Program-made: the position numbers and the translations under genes
Source of the DNA: a virus
Virus record (IMG/VR): IMGVR_UViG_3300029319_009270
Location: 1 to 64,000 of that record
Strand: one strand, 5' to 3'
Length of the DNA stretch: 64,000 bases
Part shown: piece after piece, positions 63,680 to 64,000 of the stretch
Layout of the letters: each line of letters opens with the position of its first letter
Numbering within the stretch: position 1 is the first letter of the stretch
Notes under the pieces: model-generated
The model's input: only the letters and a program-made list of their open reading frames with translations
Databases searched by the model: none
What the model was told of the DNA's origin: nothing

Positions 63680-64000
63680 TAACCATTTTTAAGTCTATCA
63701 TTAATTATTATGTCTTTATTCAAATATGCCTTAAAAAATTCATCTGAGTCTATGTTTAGATGTATCATTAACGAAAAGAAATAGTTAAAAGCATCAACCA
63801 TCTCTTCTAAAAATTCTTCCTTATTAAATGTTCCACCAACATCAGTTTGACGATGAGACTTCCAATTTTTCAAGTGTTGGAGAGCTTCAAACATCTCCTC
63901 GACGCCGTGCAATGCTAAGTCTCTTAGATATTTTTGACCATCTTTTGATGCAGGATTAATTTCTTTTGGTTGCGCTTTCGGAACTGTTTTACTTAAATTA
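63676..64000 (-). CDS. All-alpha dUTPase/MazG-like NTP pyrophosphatase, partial (start lies beyond the window)
   Basis: EEMFEA..HLKNWKSH, EEMVDAFNY; frame is open to the window end. Confidence 0.8.
   Translation of the reverse strand, partial: NLSKTVPKAQPKEINPASKDGQKYLRDLALHGVEEMFEALQHLKNWKSHRQTDVGGTFNKEEFLEEMVDAFNYFFSLMIHLNIDSDEFFKAYLNKDIIINDRLKNGY

Overview
This is an AT-rich (roughly one-third GC by eye), gene-dense 64 kb segment of a large tailed-phage (jumbo or huge phage) genome. All convincing genes but two lie on the minus strand, and the genetic code is standard. Recognisable genes are DnaE, a DinG-like helicase, a 5'-3' exonuclease, an RpoD-like sigma factor, GroEL, ClpS, a GapR-like protein, thioredoxin, an Fe/Mn SOD-like protein, ThyX plus a divergent ThyX paralogue, TK, dCMP deaminase, PurA, GuaC, MazG/HAD, an NDT, sugar-nucleotide enzymes, a sulfotransferase and three tRNAs. 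Five observations stand out. (1) About 20 otherwise diverse proteins carry a shared MKIT(K/R)RQLRxLIxE-type peptide at the N-terminus, internally or at the C-terminus. It resembles a protease-cleaved capsid-targeting tag, eight of these genes form a tandem array at 1-5417, and the tagged genes sit behind a dedicated ATAnTTA motif. (2) A sigma70 factor appears split, with its region-4.2 HTH encoded by the next in-frame gene, alongside two distinct promoter classes. (3) A candidate nucleotide-modification pathway includes a kinase/thymidylate-synthase-fold fusion and a ThyX paralogue with a Ser-to-Cys change. (4) A MYXO-CTERM-like micro-protein and myxobacterial-style lipoproteins point to a Myxococcota-like host. 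(5) G-to-A and C-to-T pool-conversion enzymes and NNA-decoding tRNAs suggest adaptation to a GC-richer host. All family calls come from motif recognition by eye; no database searches were run.
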